Assembly: GCF_041248615.1 (NCBI RefSeq)
Contig: NZ_CP158426.1
Length of the DNA: 64,000 bases
Direction: 5' to 3' (one strand)
DNA from: Escherichia coli
Lineage (GTDB): Bacteria; Pseudomonadota; Gammaproteobacteria; Enterobacterales; Enterobacteriaceae
Below, in pieces: positions 11,442 to 21,970 of the stretch. The translations under genes and the position numbers were made by a program. The notes beneath the pieces are model-generated. The model was not told the DNA's origin. It saw nothing but the letters and a program-made list of their open reading frames with translations, and made no database searches. How positions within the stretch are numbered: the stretch's first letter is position 1; each line of letters begins with the position of its first letter.

Positions 11442-12029
11442 TTACTTTTGGAAGGCTTTTTTTAAGCTGATTTTGGAAATCAGCTCTGTCAGTGAAAGGA
11501 CCATTGTTGATCGCACAGCCTGTTGGTAACGCTGAATTTGCATTGCATACAAACTGGAGTCTGCAGGTTCAAACTGTGGCGGCGGTGGTAACGCCGCCAC
11601 GCAATGCAGTTCACCAAAGGGTCCAAGGATTTCGTCGTCGGTAAACGCGTACTCGTTGCCGTCGTGATTTAGCTCTTCACGCAATGCCATCAGCAGTTCC
11701 GCATCTTCGTATTCCTGGCGGTTAATGACACCCAACCCGTAAATGAGTTTTAAACGCACAGAAAGATCGCCCAGCGGACCGTCGCCGTCGAGTAACGGTT
11801 CTACAGCATACTTCACCGCGTAATCGTCTTTGCGGAATACCTGAAGCACCAGAAGATTTACCGCCTCGGTCAAAAGCTCGACGGCGGTGATCAGAAAGCT
11901 TCGCACGGTTTTGCCAGCATTCAGACGCTCAAGCACACGGTTTTCAAAGGCCTGGGTTTGTTCCATTGTTGCCTGCATATCTGACAATCTGTTATTCGGG
12001 CGCAGGGTATCCTGCGCCTGGTCCACCAT
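11442..12029 (-). CDS. mtlR: mannitol operon repressor
   Basis: 195-aa ORF directly downstream of mtlD; its start shares one base with the mtlD stop. Confidence 0.92.
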   Translation of the reverse strand: MVDQAQDTLRPNNRLSDMQATMEQTQAFENRVLERLNAGKTVRSFLITAVELLTEAVNLLVLQVFRKDDYAVKYAVEPLLDGDGPLGDLSVRLKLIYGLGVINRQEYEDAELLMALREELNHDGNEYAFTDDEILGPFGELHCVAALPPPPQFEPADSSLYAMQIQRYQQAVRSTMVLSLTELISKISLKKAFQK

Positions 12030-13177
12030 TATTGCATTGCTTTATAAGCGGTTACTGCCTCGGATACAACCTCGCTGTTGGCATCAAGACCGGAAATCTG
12101 TGCCAGCGCGGCTTGTGGGCCTTTGTCGGCAATCAGCGCTGCCAGTTCCTGAGCCTGCGGATCATCTTCACTGCGGAAGTGCATTGCAGCGGCAATACCT
12201 TCAATCAGGTTTTTATGTGGCAGACCATATTCCAGCGTTCCGAGCAGTGGCTTGATCAGACGGTCGCCAGCACTCAGTTTACGCAGCGGCTGACGGCCTA
12301 CGCGCTCTACATCATCTTTCAGATACGGGTTCTCGAAACGACCGAGGATTTTCTGGATGTACGCCGCATGTTTGTCCGCGTCAAAGCCGTAGCGCTTGAT
12401 CAGTACCGCACCGCTTTCTTCCATCGCACCTTTTACCACCGCGCGGATTTTCTCGTCGAGAATCGCATCACGAATGGTCTGATGACCGGCCAGTTTTCCG
12501 AGGTACGCGGTTATAGCATGACCCGTGTTCAGGGTGAAGAGTTTACGTTCGACAAATGCCATTAGGTTGTCGGTTAACTCCATGCCTGGGATGTTCGGCA
12601 GCGCGCCTTTGAACTGCGTTTTATCAACAATCCATTCGCTGAATGTTTCTACCGTCACTTCCAGCGGATCGTTGGTTGCAGAAGCCGAAGGCGGCACGAT
12701 GCGGTCAACGGCGGAATCGACAAAGCCAACGTGTTCTTCTACCCACGCTTTGGCATCTTCCGGCAGGGCGTTCATCACATGGCCTTTCAGCTGCGTGGTG
12801 CCGCGTACCATGTTTTCACAAGCGATGATGTTCAGCGGGGATTCATTACCTTGTTCTTTACGTTTCACCAGCCCTTTGGCGATAGCCGGAGCAATACGTT
12901 CCAGCACAACCGGGCCAACGGCGGTAGTGACTAAATCGACCTGAGCAATCAGATCAACGACATCATCACCAATGCTGCTGACAGCATTGACGCCGGAAAC
13001 GGTATCTACCTGCTCGGTTTCACCGACCACATGAACCTGATAGCTATGACGGGCATTCAGGGCATCAAGTACCACCTGATTGACATCGGCAAACGTCAGT
13101 TGGATACCCGCGTCTGCCAGCAGTTTACCGATAAAGCCACGACCGATATTACCTGCGCCAAAATGTAATGCTTTCAT
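12029..13177 (-). CDS. mtlD: mannitol-1-phosphate 5-dehydrogenase
   Basis: ORF 12029..13360; start placed at the ATG giving [17 protein letters not shown]... (382 aa, Rossmann GxGxxG). Confidence 0.95.
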   Translation of the reverse strand: MKALHFGAGNIGRGFIGKLLADAGIQLTFADVNQVVLDALNARHSYQVHVVGETEQVDTVSGVNAVSSIGDDVVDLIAQVDLVTTAVGPVVLERIAPAIAKGLVKRKEQGNESPLNIIACENMVRGTTQLKGHVMNALPEDAKAWVEEHVGFVDSAVDRIVPPSASATNDPLEVTVETFSEWIVDKTQFKGALPNIPGMELTDNLMAFVERKLFTLNTGHAITAYLGKLAGHQTIRDAILDEKIRAVVKGAMEESGAVLIKRYGFDADKHAAYIQKILGRFENPYLKDDVERVGRQPLRKLSAGDRLIKPLLGTLEYGLPHKNLIEGIAAAMHFRSEDDPQAQELAALIADKGPQAALAQISGLDANSEVVSEAVTAYKAMQ

Positions 13178-13206
13178 AGTATTAACCTTCATCAATGTTT
13201 TTACCC

Positions 13207-13261
13207 GAGAGGGCTGGGGTGAGGCTTTTCCCTCACCCAAACCCTCTCCGTGAGGAGAGGG
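13207..13261. repeat. REP-like palindromic element in the mtlA-mtlD intergenic spacer
   Basis: Inverted repeat GAGAGGGCTGGGGTGAGG / CCTCACCCAAACCCTCTC plus a second short hairpin CCCTCTC..GAGAGGG read directly. Confidence 0.45.
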
Positions 13262-13271
13262 TAGGATTGGA

Positions 13272-15185
13272 TTACTTACGACCTGCCAGCAGTTCCAGCA
13301 CTTCATCCACGCTGGTGGTGTGTGCCAGACGTTCGATGACGGACTCATCATCCAGTGCATTGGTCAGGCTGGTGATAACCTGAATGTGCTCGTTGTTACG
13401 GGCAGCAATACCAATTACCAGACGGGCAATGTCATCTTCTTCTTCACCGAAGCGCACGCCTTCCGGGTACTGGCAGAACACCACGCCCGTTTTCAGTACG
13501 CGATCTTTCGCTTCAACCGTACCGTGCGGCACCGCGATAGACTCACCCAGATAAGTCGGGGTCAGTTTTTCACGATCCAGCATCGCCTGAACGTATTCTG
13601 GCTCAACGTAACCGCCTTTCACCAGCTGCTCGCCAGCAAAACGAATCGCTTCTTCTTTGGTGGCCGCTTTGCGACCGAGGAAGATGTTCTCCGCGCCTAG
13701 CTTGAACAGGTTAGCACTGGAATCGTCAAAGCTGTCTTTCAGACTGTCTTTCACTTTCACTTCGTTTTCAGTATGGCGCTGAGCAGCAACCAGACGTTCG
13801 GTCAGGCTGGTGTACAGGCCGCTGTCGAGGAAGTTGGTCAGCGAAATATGCTGTGCCTGCGGAACCTGGCGCATAGCGCGTTCGGTCAGGTCACGGTGAG
13901 TGATGACCAGGTCCACATCTGGCGGCAGGTTGTTGATCGCGCTGTTAGTAACAGAAATCTGCGACAGACCTGCATCCTGAATTTTCTTACGCAGCACACC
14001 TGCGCCCATCGCACTGGAACCCATACCGGCATCACAGGCAACGATGATTTTACGTACGTGGCTCAGGTCGTTAGTCACATCGCCTGCAGACAGCGGAGAC
14101 GCACCTTTAGACTCAGCTTTCATGTCCTGCATACGACGAGTTGCTGCTTCAATATCATCTTCTTCTTTCACTTTGCTGGTTTTCAGCAGAATGGCAGAGA
14201 CAACGAAGGAGACAGCCATCGCCGCACACACACCCGCGATGTTAGCGAAGTATGCACCTTTTGGTGTCATCGCCAGTACAGCAAGGATAGAGCCCGGAGA
14301 TGCCGGAGAAACCAGACCACCGCCCAGGATAGTCAGCGTGAACACGCCAGTCATACCACCGAGGATAACGGCCAGAATCAGACGCGGATTCATCAGCACA
14401 TACGGGAAGTAGATTTCGTGGATACCGCCCAGGAAGTGGATGATTGCCGCACCGCCCGCAGACTGTTTAGCGCTACCACGACCAAAGAACATGTACGCCA
14501 GCAGCACGCCCATACCCGGACCTGGGTTAGCTTCAATCAGGAAGAAGATGGATTTACCCAGTTCATGGGACTGCTGAATGCCCAGCGGCGAGAAGATACC
14601 GTGGTTAATGGCGTTGTTGAGGAACAGGATTTTCGCCGGTTCAACAAAGATAGACGCCAGCGGCAGCATGTCATGGACAACCATGAAGTTAACGCCCGCA
14701 GCCAGCATTTTGGACAGGGCTTCAACAATCGGGCCAATGCCGAGGAATGCCAGAATAGCGAGGATCATCCCGATGATGCCTGCGGAGAAGTTATTCACCA
14801 GCATCTCAAAACCGGATTTGATCTTACCGTCTACCCAGCGGTCGAAGTGCTTAATGCACCAGCCGCCCAGCGGACCTGCAATCATAGAACCGAGGAACAT
14901 CGGCATGTCTGCGCCGACGATAACGCCCATGGTGGTAATGGCACCGACTACGCCGCCACGTTCGCCGCCTACCAGCTTACCACCGGTATAACCGATCAGC
15001 AGCGGCAGGAGATAAGTGATCATCGGCCCGACCAGCTTCGCCAGCGTTTCGTTCGGTAACCACCCTGTTGGAATAAATAACGCGGTGATGATACCCCACG
15101 CGATAAACGCGCCGATATTTGGCATCACCATGTTGCTGAGGAAACGACCAAAGCTTTGCACTTTGATCTTAATATCGGATGACAT
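13272..15185 (-). CDS. mtlA: PTS mannitol-specific EIICBA component
   Basis: 637-aa [30 protein letters not shown]...; EIIC membrane domain with C-terminal EIIB/EIIA. Confidence 0.96.
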   Translation of the reverse strand: MSSDIKIKVQSFGRFLSNMVMPNIGAFIAWGIITALFIPTGWLPNETLAKLVGPMITYLLPLLIGYTGGKLVGGERGGVVGAITTMGVIVGADMPMFLGSMIAGPLGGWCIKHFDRWVDGKIKSGFEMLVNNFSAGIIGMILAILAFLGIGPIVEALSKMLAAGVNFMVVHDMLPLASIFVEPAKILFLNNAINHGIFSPLGIQQSHELGKSIFFLIEANPGPGMGVLLAYMFFGRGSAKQSAGGAAIIHFLGGIHEIYFPYVLMNPRLILAVILGGMTGVFTLTILGGGLVSPASPGSILAVLAMTPKGAYFANIAGVCAAMAVSFVVSAILLKTSKVKEEDDIEAATRRMQDMKAESKGASPLSAGDVTNDLSHVRKIIVACDAGMGSSAMGAGVLRKKIQDAGLSQISVTNSAINNLPPDVDLVITHRDLTERAMRQVPQAQHISLTNFLDSGLYTSLTERLVAAQRHTENEVKVKDSLKDSFDDSSANLFKLGAENIFLGRKAATKEEAIRFAGEQLVKGGYVEPEYVQAMLDREKLTPTYLGESIAVPHGTVEAKDRVLKTGVVFCQYPEGVRFGEEEDDIARLVIGIAARNNEHIQVITSLTNALDDESVIERLAHTTSVDEVLELLAGRK

Positions 15186-15328
15186 AAAAACACCCCTTCT
15201 TATGTTTGCTGTCGCGCAGGCTGGAAGCCCGAGGTTTTTTGTTAATGTGGCGGCAGAGGTAGCCGGACCTTGTAGATACTGCGAAATCTGGCACTGAATC
15301 GGTTAACTGTCCAGTCGACGGCCTTTTG

Positions 15329-15505
15329 TGTGATATCAGTCACATAAATATAGGGGGTAGAGAGGTAATTGACGTGATGCTCATCACAAAACTCTTGTGT
15401 AAAAAAGCAACAAGGCGGCGATTTTCGCTAAAAATGGCATTTAAATGTGAGTGATGTCACATTTTTGTTTTGATGGTTTGTTGAATTTTTGTGATCTGAA
15501 TCACA
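15329..15505. promoter_or_regulatory. mtl operon promoter region with an array of CRP-type sites (TGTGA-N6-TCACA)
   Basis: Three perfect sites: tgtgatatcagtcaca (15329-15344), tgtgagtgatgtcaca (15446-15461), tgtgatctgaatcaca (15490-15505); one near-perfect, cgtgatgctcatcaca (15373-15388). All upstream of mtlA on the minus strand. Confidence 0.6.
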
Positions 15506-15721
15506 AGATATTTTCTTACGGCGTTCACCTGATGTGATCTACAGCATGTTATGCCTTCGTCATGAAATCGTTATGTAACTAAGCAACTCATCACCTCTTA
15601 AAATTATTCTTTGGTGTTATGGCGAGAATCGCGAACCCGGATTATTGTCAAAATATCAGCCTGACTCCCTTCTGGCTGCCAGCCAAAAAACAACACCGAT
15701 AAACGTGAATCCGAGGCAGAT

Positions 15722-16084
15722 ATGTTTCTAAACTATTTCGCGTTGGGAGTGCTGATCTTCGTCTTTCTGGTGATTTTTTATGGAATCATCGCGATACATG
15801 ACATCCCTTATCTGATTGCCAAAAAGCGCAACCATCCCCATGCCGACGCTATTCATACGGCGGGCTGGGTGAGCCTGTTTACTCTACATGTTATCTGGCC
15901 GTTCCTGTGGATCTGGGCGACGCTCTATCAACCGGAGCGCGGCTGGGGCATGCAGTCACATGTTGCGTCGCAAGAGAAAGCGACTGACCCGGAAATCGCC
16001 GCACTTTCTGACCGAATTTCCCGGCTGGAGCATCAACTCGCCGCCGAGAAAAAGACTGACTATTCCACGTTCCCGGAGATCTAA
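15722..16084 (+). CDS. yibI: small inner-membrane protein YibI
   Basis: 120-aa ORF with N-terminal TM segment; 2 bp before yibH. Confidence 0.82.
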   Translation: MFLNYFALGVLIFVFLVIFYGIIAIHDIPYLIAKKRNHPHADAIHTAGWVSLFTLHVIWPFLWIWATLYQPERGWGMQSHVASQEKATDPEIAALSDRISRLEHQLAAEKKTDYSTFPEI

Positions 16085-16086
16085 AT

Positions 16087-17223
16087 ATGGATCTATTGAT
16101 TGTTTTAACTTACGTGGCGCTGGCGTGGGCGGTCTTTAAAATCTTCCGCATTCCGGTGAATCAGTGGACGCTGGCGACGGCGGCGCTGGGAGGCGTGTTT
16201 CTGGTGAGTGGTTTGATTTTGTTGATGAACTACAACCACCCTTACACTTTTACCGCGCAAAAGGCAGTGATAGCGATCCCCATCACGCCACAGGTGACGG
16301 GAATTGTTACTGAAGTCACTGACAAGAATAATCAGCTTATTCAAAAGGGCGAGGTGCTTTTTAAACTCGACCCGGTTCGTTACCAGGCGCGAGTTGACAG
16401 ACTTCAGGCTGACCTGATGACGGCGACGCATAATATAAAGACGCTGCGCGCGCAGCTCTCTGAAGCGCAGGCCAACACCACCCAGGTTTCAGCGGAGCGC
16501 GACCGTCTGTTTAAAAATTATCAACGTTATCTGAAAGGCAGCCAGGCGGCGGTGAATCCGTTCTCGGAACGTGACATCGACGATGCGCGGCAAAACTTCC
16601 TCGCGCAGGACGCGCTGGTGAAAGGCTCGGTGGCGGAGCAGGCGCAGATCCAGAGCCAGCTCGACAGTATGGTTAACGGCGAGCAATCGCAGATTGTGAG
16701 CTTAAGAGCGCAACTTACTGAAGCAAAATATAACCTTGAGCAGACTGTCATTCGCGCGCCGAGCAATGGCTACGTTACTCAGGTACTGATCCGCCCAGGT
16801 ACATACGCAGCTGCCTTGCCGTTGCGTCCGGTGATGGTTTTCATCCCCGAGCAAAAACGGCAAATTGTCGCCCAATTTCGGCAAAACTCGCTGTTACGTC
16901 TGAAACCCGGCGATGATGCGGAAGTGGTGTTTAACGCGCTACCTGGGCAGGTGTTCCACGGCAAACTGACTAGCATTTTACCTGTCGTGCCAGGCGGTTC
17001 TTATCAGGCGCAGGGGGTATTGCAATCATTAACGGTCGTGCCCGGCACGGACGGTGTGCTGGGAACCATTGAACTGGACCCTAACGATGATATCGATGCC
17101 TTACCCGACGGCATCTACGCCCAGGTGGCGGTTTACTCCGACCATTTCAGCCATGTTTCGGTGATGCGGAAAGTGCTGCTAAGAATGACCAGCTGGATGC
17201 ATTATCTTTATTTGGATCATTGA
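16087..17223 (+). CDS. yibH: HlyD-family membrane fusion-like protein YibH
   Basis: 378-aa ORF with N-terminal TM segment, long coiled-coil and beta-barrel region typical of HlyD/EmrA-like proteins. Confidence 0.88.
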   Translation: MDLLIVLTYVALAWAVFKIFRIPVNQWTLATAALGGVFLVSGLILLMNYNHPYTFTAQKAVIAIPITPQVTGIVTEVTDKNNQLIQKGEVLFKLDPVRYQARVDRLQADLMTATHNIKTLRAQLSEAQANTTQVSAERDRLFKNYQRYLKGSQAAVNPFSERDIDDARQNFLAQDALVKGSVAEQAQIQSQLDSMVNGEQSQIVSLRAQLTEAKYNLEQTVIRAPSNGYVTQVLIRPGTYAAALPLRPVMVFIPEQKRQIVAQFRQNSLLRLKPGDDAEVVFNALPGQVFHGKLTSILPVVPGGSYQAQGVLQSLTVVPGTDGVLGTIELDPNDDIDALPDGIYAQVAVYSDHFSHVSVMRKVLLRMTSWMHYLYLDH

Positions 17224-17680
17224 GGGGGGCGGGGGAGATTATGGAACTTTGCTCCCTGCAAGGACTAATTATTTTTGCATATTATTTCATCGGCTGTGAT
17301 GATTTTTCGTTAATATCCATTATGTTAAGAAGTTCGGGATGAGTGTGAACTCATTGGATTTTTTATCCGTCTTGATCTGCCGAAGGATCAGACTATACAT
17401 TGTCGAGATCGCAATGATGATATGAGTTGTTCCTCTGCCACGGCTCTAATCAAAAAAGAGCAGGAGTGCTTTTCCATCTATTGCGATGATGGCTTTATTA
17501 TCTGAAGGATGACAGTCACATTTAAAAATATTTAATTTATAGATCACAATGTAGGTTCATGTAATATATGTATACAACTATTTTTCTCTTCACTTTTAAT
17601 TATCGTATTCATTATAACACTAAGTTAAAAAAACTCCTGGAGAGTGAGTTATTAATATGTTTTTAAATATAATTAAGTTA

Positions 17681-18202
17681 TTATTCATCGATGCATTTTA
17701 TAGAATCATCAATGGCTACAATAGTACTATTAACTCTCCAATTTATATTTTTATTATCATTGCAAATATTAACTGAATCTATATCAATGATTTTTTTATT
17801 TTTATCTTTTATTTTGTTTACAGTTTCAATGCAATCAGCGACAAGTTGGTGTGGATTTAGATTCTTCAGATATGGTCTTATGATCTTTCCCTTGCTTAAT
17901 AAATAGCATGTATAGGATTCGGAAAGTCCAGCATCTATTTTGTACATCATTATTCTAGATAAGGATGTGAGAAATGCCTTGTTATCATTAGCAGCCATAT
18001 ATGCCAGTCCGAGTTCAGCCTCTGCGGCTTTACATGAAAAATAGCTAAGTGAACACGCTTTTCGTCCCTCTTGGGTACTGGCTGATATTAGTGCCCATAA
18101 TATTGCCTTGTCTGCCAAATCCAACTCTCTCTGAAATTGGTTTACAGTAACTGCATTCGCAGAAATAGAGAAGAAAAGCACAATTGTTAATAACCTTGTC
18201 AT
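17681..18202 (-). CDS. secreted hypothetical protein (Sec signal peptide); candidate periplasmic immunity protein of an orphan toxin module
   Basis: 173-aa ORF MTRLLTIVLFFSISANA|VTV...; AT-rich coding sequence; sits 4 bp downstream of the LDT-like ORF on the same strand. Confidence 0.45.
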   Translation of the reverse strand: MTRLLTIVLFFSISANAVTVNQFQRELDLADKAILWALISASTQEGRKACSLSYFSCKAAEAELGLAYMAANDNKAFLTSLSRIMMYKIDAGLSESYTCYLLSKGKIIRPYLKNLNPHQLVADCIETVNKIKDKNKKIIDIDSVNICNDNKNINWRVNSTIVAIDDSIKCIDE

Positions 18203-18206
18203 ATTT

Positions 18207-18482
18207 CTAGTCCGTCACTGTTAATGTGCTATCTGGCTCTGAAAATATTAGCTCATTTAATTTTTGCATGTCATTAGATGAACCAGTTATACAACCCTCG
18301 GAACAGAATCGAGGTCCTAAAGATGGACCAAAAGCGTTTAAACAACTATGTGTTAAAAATCCATCACGATTATACGTTTCTGTATTTGCTGACGGTACTA
18401 AACGTATACCATTAGGTTTTCTATTGGTTGCTCCAGGACTGTTAAGCAAGCCTCGTCCGGTTTGCTTCATTGAGTTCTCCAC
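18207..18482 (-). CDS. short ORF with L,D-transpeptidase-like catalytic motif (H-x16-S-x-G-C); candidate orphan toxin fragment
   Basis: 91-aa ORF with GTG start; ...LTHSCLNAFGPSLGPRFCSEGCITG... fits the YkuD H...[S/T]-x-G-C spacing. An overlapping 108-aa plus-strand ORF (18226..18552) cannot be excluded. Confidence 0.3.
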   Translation of the reverse strand: MENSMKQTGRGLLNSPGATNRKPNGIRLVPSANTETYNRDGFLTHSCLNAFGPSLGPRFCSEGCITGSSNDMQKLNELIFSEPDSTLTVTD

Positions 18483-18570
18483 TTTAGACTATTGGACTAT
18501 CTTTCAACATGGCATCGCCTTAGTATACCGCTGGTTTTCCGCTCATTGTTAATTTTCTCTTTCGTTCATT

Positions 18571-18981
18571 TCACTTAATTTTCAGTTTTTTCCAAAAGTC
18601 AATATTCCCTTCTAATAAAATTTTTTCTATGGAATCTTCATTAATTTTATTATTAGAGCATATGACATTATCTTGAACGCCATATGACACCACCCCGTTT
18701 TTATCAATATAATATCTGTCTTTACCATCAATAATATAAATCCTAACATTTTTATCATCAAAATGGTAACACTCATTACTAGACCTGTTCAGTAACATTA
18801 ATAACTTCTCACGATTTATCTGTAATAATTTTTGTGCACCATCTTTTATTGCAAAATTTTCAATTTTACTTTTAGTGACAGGGGAATATGTTTGGATGCG
18901 AAAAGGCATCCTATAATGGAAAACATCAGCTATACAGCAAGATGAAAAAAATACGGAAATAAAATACAGACATACTTTCAT
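18571..18981 (-). CDS. hypothetical protein immediately downstream of the rhs toxin tip; candidate cognate immunity protein
   Basis: 136-aa AT-rich ORF MKVCLYFISVFFSSCCIADV... with hydrophobic N-terminus; 57 bp after the rhs stop, the canonical immunity position. Confidence 0.5.
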   Translation of the reverse strand: MKVCLYFISVFFSSCCIADVFHYRMPFRIQTYSPVTKSKIENFAIKDGAQKLLQINREKLLMLLNRSSNECYHFDDKNVRIYIIDGKDRYYIDKNGVVSYGVQDNVICSNNKINEDSIEKILLEGNIDFWKKLKIK

Positions 18982-19038
18982 ACCATCTCCTAAACTGGTG
19001 ATATATTAAAAACATACCCAAAAGCAATATAAAAATGT

Positions 19039-21140
19039 TTAATATTTCATTCTTGCTGGCAAGCCCAACTCTTTACGAAATGGGTTTTCATATTTATCAA
19101 CATTAGCCATCGAGTCAGTTCCATCGTCTTTCATTCCCTTTGCATGCCCCATTTCATGCGCAAGAACCACACTCAACAGAGTGGGTTTCATGGCACATGC
19201 TTTGTTTTTTCCTTGATATACACATGAGCTATGGTCGTTATCAATATCAATGTAAAAACTATATTCAGTATCATCGTAGCATGTTTGGTTTATGCCTTTT
19301 CTTAATCCTCTAAATATATATTCATGCTCTGATGACTCTAATTCTTCTGTTATTTTATGTCCAAACTTTGTTTCTGCTACAGCTTTATATGCTTCTTTTA
19401 AAGTTTTTTGTGTACTTTCATCTCCCTGAAAAGACACTTTTAACCCTAATGGATCGAAACCAGATACCGGATTCAACGGATACTGATAAAAATTCCATCC
19501 CCCCTTAAGCCCAATCGGATCCTGAGTGATATACCGCCCCTGCAGCGGGTCATAATAGCGGTGGCGGTTGTAATAGAGGCCGGACTCCTCATCATACTGC
19601 TGACCCGGCAGGCGGATGAGCTGCTGCAGCTGGTGCGGGTTCTCTTCATTCAGCAGGTTGCCCCATTCATCGTATTCTGCGCACCATTCTGTTGCCCCTT
19701 CCGTGCTGACAAGCGCCAGCGGCAGGCCGCGATGGTCGCAGTGGTACAGGTGGATTTTTCGCGCCGGCGTGTACACCGGGTCCATCTGGTTTTGTATCTG
19801 CTCCACCGTCAGGCCGCACGATGCCAGCCAGCGGCGGCTTTCCTCACTCACCCGGTCAGCCAGGATTTCACTTTCCAGCCGGTCGAGCATCTGCACCAGC
19901 ACCGGCGGGAACACCACACTGCCACCGTCTTCACCGCCGGACTGCTGAAGCGCATCCGCCAGGCTGCGGCGCTGCGTTTTCGCCAGCTCACCGGTGGCAG
20001 TTTCAACTCTGATGAGTGGCGTGAAGCTCCCCGGCTGATAAACCGTCTGGATGCGGGTTCTGTCGTTCTGTATTGTGGTCAGCCGGTCGCCGTCCCAGCC
20101 GTACCAGGTCACTTCCGGTTTCCGTGACAGCGACATCCAGCCCGTCAGGTCCCGTTCACGCCGCCACACCCGTTTTGCCACCCTGCGGCCCAGCGGGTCG
20201 TAAAGATAGCGACTTTCGACCAGCGGCTCTGCATATTGTGTCCGCGTGTAGTGCACCAGCCGGTGCCGGCTGTCGTAATGGTACCGGTGAGTCCGCTCAT
20301 CATCCGTGCGGATAACCCCTTCCGGGATGAGGTCGGTTTTCTCCGTCAGCCTGCCGTGACGGTCATACCGGTAAAGATAGTGCGCGTCACGGGCGATACG
20401 GTTATCCGGCCACATGCTGAGGGTGCTGTCCGGGTGCAGCTCCGGGTCGGGCAGGCGGTTACCTGCCGGGTCCGTGGCATACGGGATGCGGATATCCAGA
20501 TTCGCTGCGGTGGTGTGGACGCCGGTCAGCCTGCCGGTGTCGCTGTAGCTGTAACTCCGGGTCTGGCGCGGGCTGCTGATGCGGATGAGTTCGCCGTTGT
20601 CGTTCCAGGTGTAATCGCGGTCATACTGCAGGCTGTTCAGGTGCTGGCTCTGTAACTGCCCGGCAGAGGTGTAAGCGGTGGTGAGTTCATAACGGCCGAA
20701 GCTGCGCAGCGTTTCCCGGTGCAGGCGGTCGCGGGTGTACTCCACCAGCGGTGTGTCGCCGAGTTTCATGCCTGACAGCCAGCCGCTGCCGTAGGTCAGC
20801 CATTCCACGGCGGGCAGGCTGTCCGGTATACAGCGGTTCGCCAGTCCCTGCGCGTTGTACGCATGTCTGGTTTCATGCTGCCAGAGCAGTGCTTCCGTCT
20901 GCGGGTGATGCACCGTCTGGCGCTCACCGGTCAGGCGGCCTTTCTCATCATACCCGTAATGCACCGTCACCCGGTGGCCTTCGCTGAGATGGCTGATTTG
21001 TGTCAGCCAGCCGCGTTCGTCGTACCGCCACTGTTCTGCGGTTTCACCATTCACCGTTCGCTGTGTGATGCGGTCTGCTTCGTCATAGTGCCAGTGGGTG
21101 ACCAGCCCCTCATCCTCGCTGCGGTGCGTATTACCGTGAA
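19039..21140 (-). pseudogene. rhs C-terminal segment: YD-repeat core end (…DPIGL…DPLGL) plus HExxH metallopeptidase-like toxin tip; separated from the rest of rhs by an IS21-family insertion
   Basis: ORF 19039..21159; Rhs YD repeats; core-end motif [39 protein letters not shown], then ~130-aa AT-rich tail containing [12 protein letters not shown]. Confidence 0.8.
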
Positions 21141-21209
21141 GGAGATCGGTGAGTAACATCGATGGAGATCGGTTCGTGTCACTTTCACAGAACCGTTTTT
21201 AAATTACCT

Positions 21210-21959
21210 TCACTGATCTCCTTCGGTCAACGGAGATTGTATTTTCCGCATTGATTCTCCTTTAAGTTCGATCTTGATACTGCCATGAACCAGTCGATCT
21301 AGGATGGCATCCGCATGTGTGGAGTCTCCGATCATTTTGTACCAGTTTTCCACCGGCAACTGGCTCACTACGATGATTGAGCCTCGTTGGTACATCAGAT
21401 CCACTATTTCCAGCAGGTCGCTACGCTGTTCTGATGAGAGAGGTTCCAGCCCCCAGTCATCCAGAAGCAGCAGATCGCTATTATTCAGCCTGGTCAAAAG
21501 TTTGCTGTATCTTCCATCAGCATGCCCCTGATAGCACTGTTCCATCAGCGCTTTAAGGCGATAATAGTAGACCTTGTATCCCTGTCGGCAGGCATTATGA
21601 CCAAGTGCACATGCCAGGAACGTTTTACCGCTGCCGGTGGCCCCGGTCAGTAAAATATTTTGTTTCAGGGTTAACCAGTTTCCCTGACTGAGTGAACGGA
21701 TGAGGGCCCTGTCCAGCCCTCTATTGTTACGATAATCCAGCTTTGATAACTCAGCATTAAGTCTGAACCGTGCATGTTTGATCAGACGCTCTGCCTTCCT
21801 GTTTTCACGGCAGGTTAGTTCTTCTGCTGTCAGTAATGACAGGCGTTCTTCGAAGCCCAGCTCCTGGTATGTGCCCGGCTGAGCAAGTTGCTTTTTAAGC
21901 GCATCACGGAAGCCGGTGAGTTTAAGTGCGGTCAGTTGTTCGTAAAGATGATTCATCAT
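21210..21959 (-). CDS. istB: IS21-family helper ATPase IstB
   Basis: 249-aa ORF with Walker A GATGSGKT and DnaC-like AAA+ fold signature. Confidence 0.9.
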   Translation of the reverse strand: MMNHLYEQLTALKLTGFRDALKKQLAQPGTYQELGFEERLSLLTAEELTCRENRKAERLIKHARFRLNAELSKLDYRNNRGLDRALIRSLSQGNWLTLKQNILLTGATGSGKTFLACALGHNACRQGYKVYYYRLKALMEQCYQGHADGRYSKLLTRLNNSDLLLLDDWGLEPLSSEQRSDLLEIVDLMYQRGSIIVVSQLPVENWYKMIGDSTHADAILDRLVHGSIKIELKGESMRKIQSPLTEGDQ

Positions 21960-21970
21960 TGGATCCCGTA

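Noticed and set aside
12029-13360. N-terminally extended 443-aa version of MtlD overlapping the mtlA 3' end
   Set aside because: The extension would overlap mtlA by about 90 nt and run through the REP-like palindromes; the conserved [12 protein letters not shown]ossmann start at 13177 gives the expected 382-aa protein.
13773-15059. 428-aa plus-strand ORF antisense to mtlA
   Set aside because: The minus-strand product is unmistakably MtlA; the antisense ORF translation is Arg/His/Gln-rich nonsense typical of antisense frames in GC-rich genes.
18226-18552. 108-aa plus-strand ORF overlapping the LDT-like minus-strand ORF
   Set aside because: All flanking genes are on the minus strand and the minus-strand translation carries a recognisable H…SxGC catalytic-type motif; rejected only provisionally because AT-rich DNA gives open frames on both strands.
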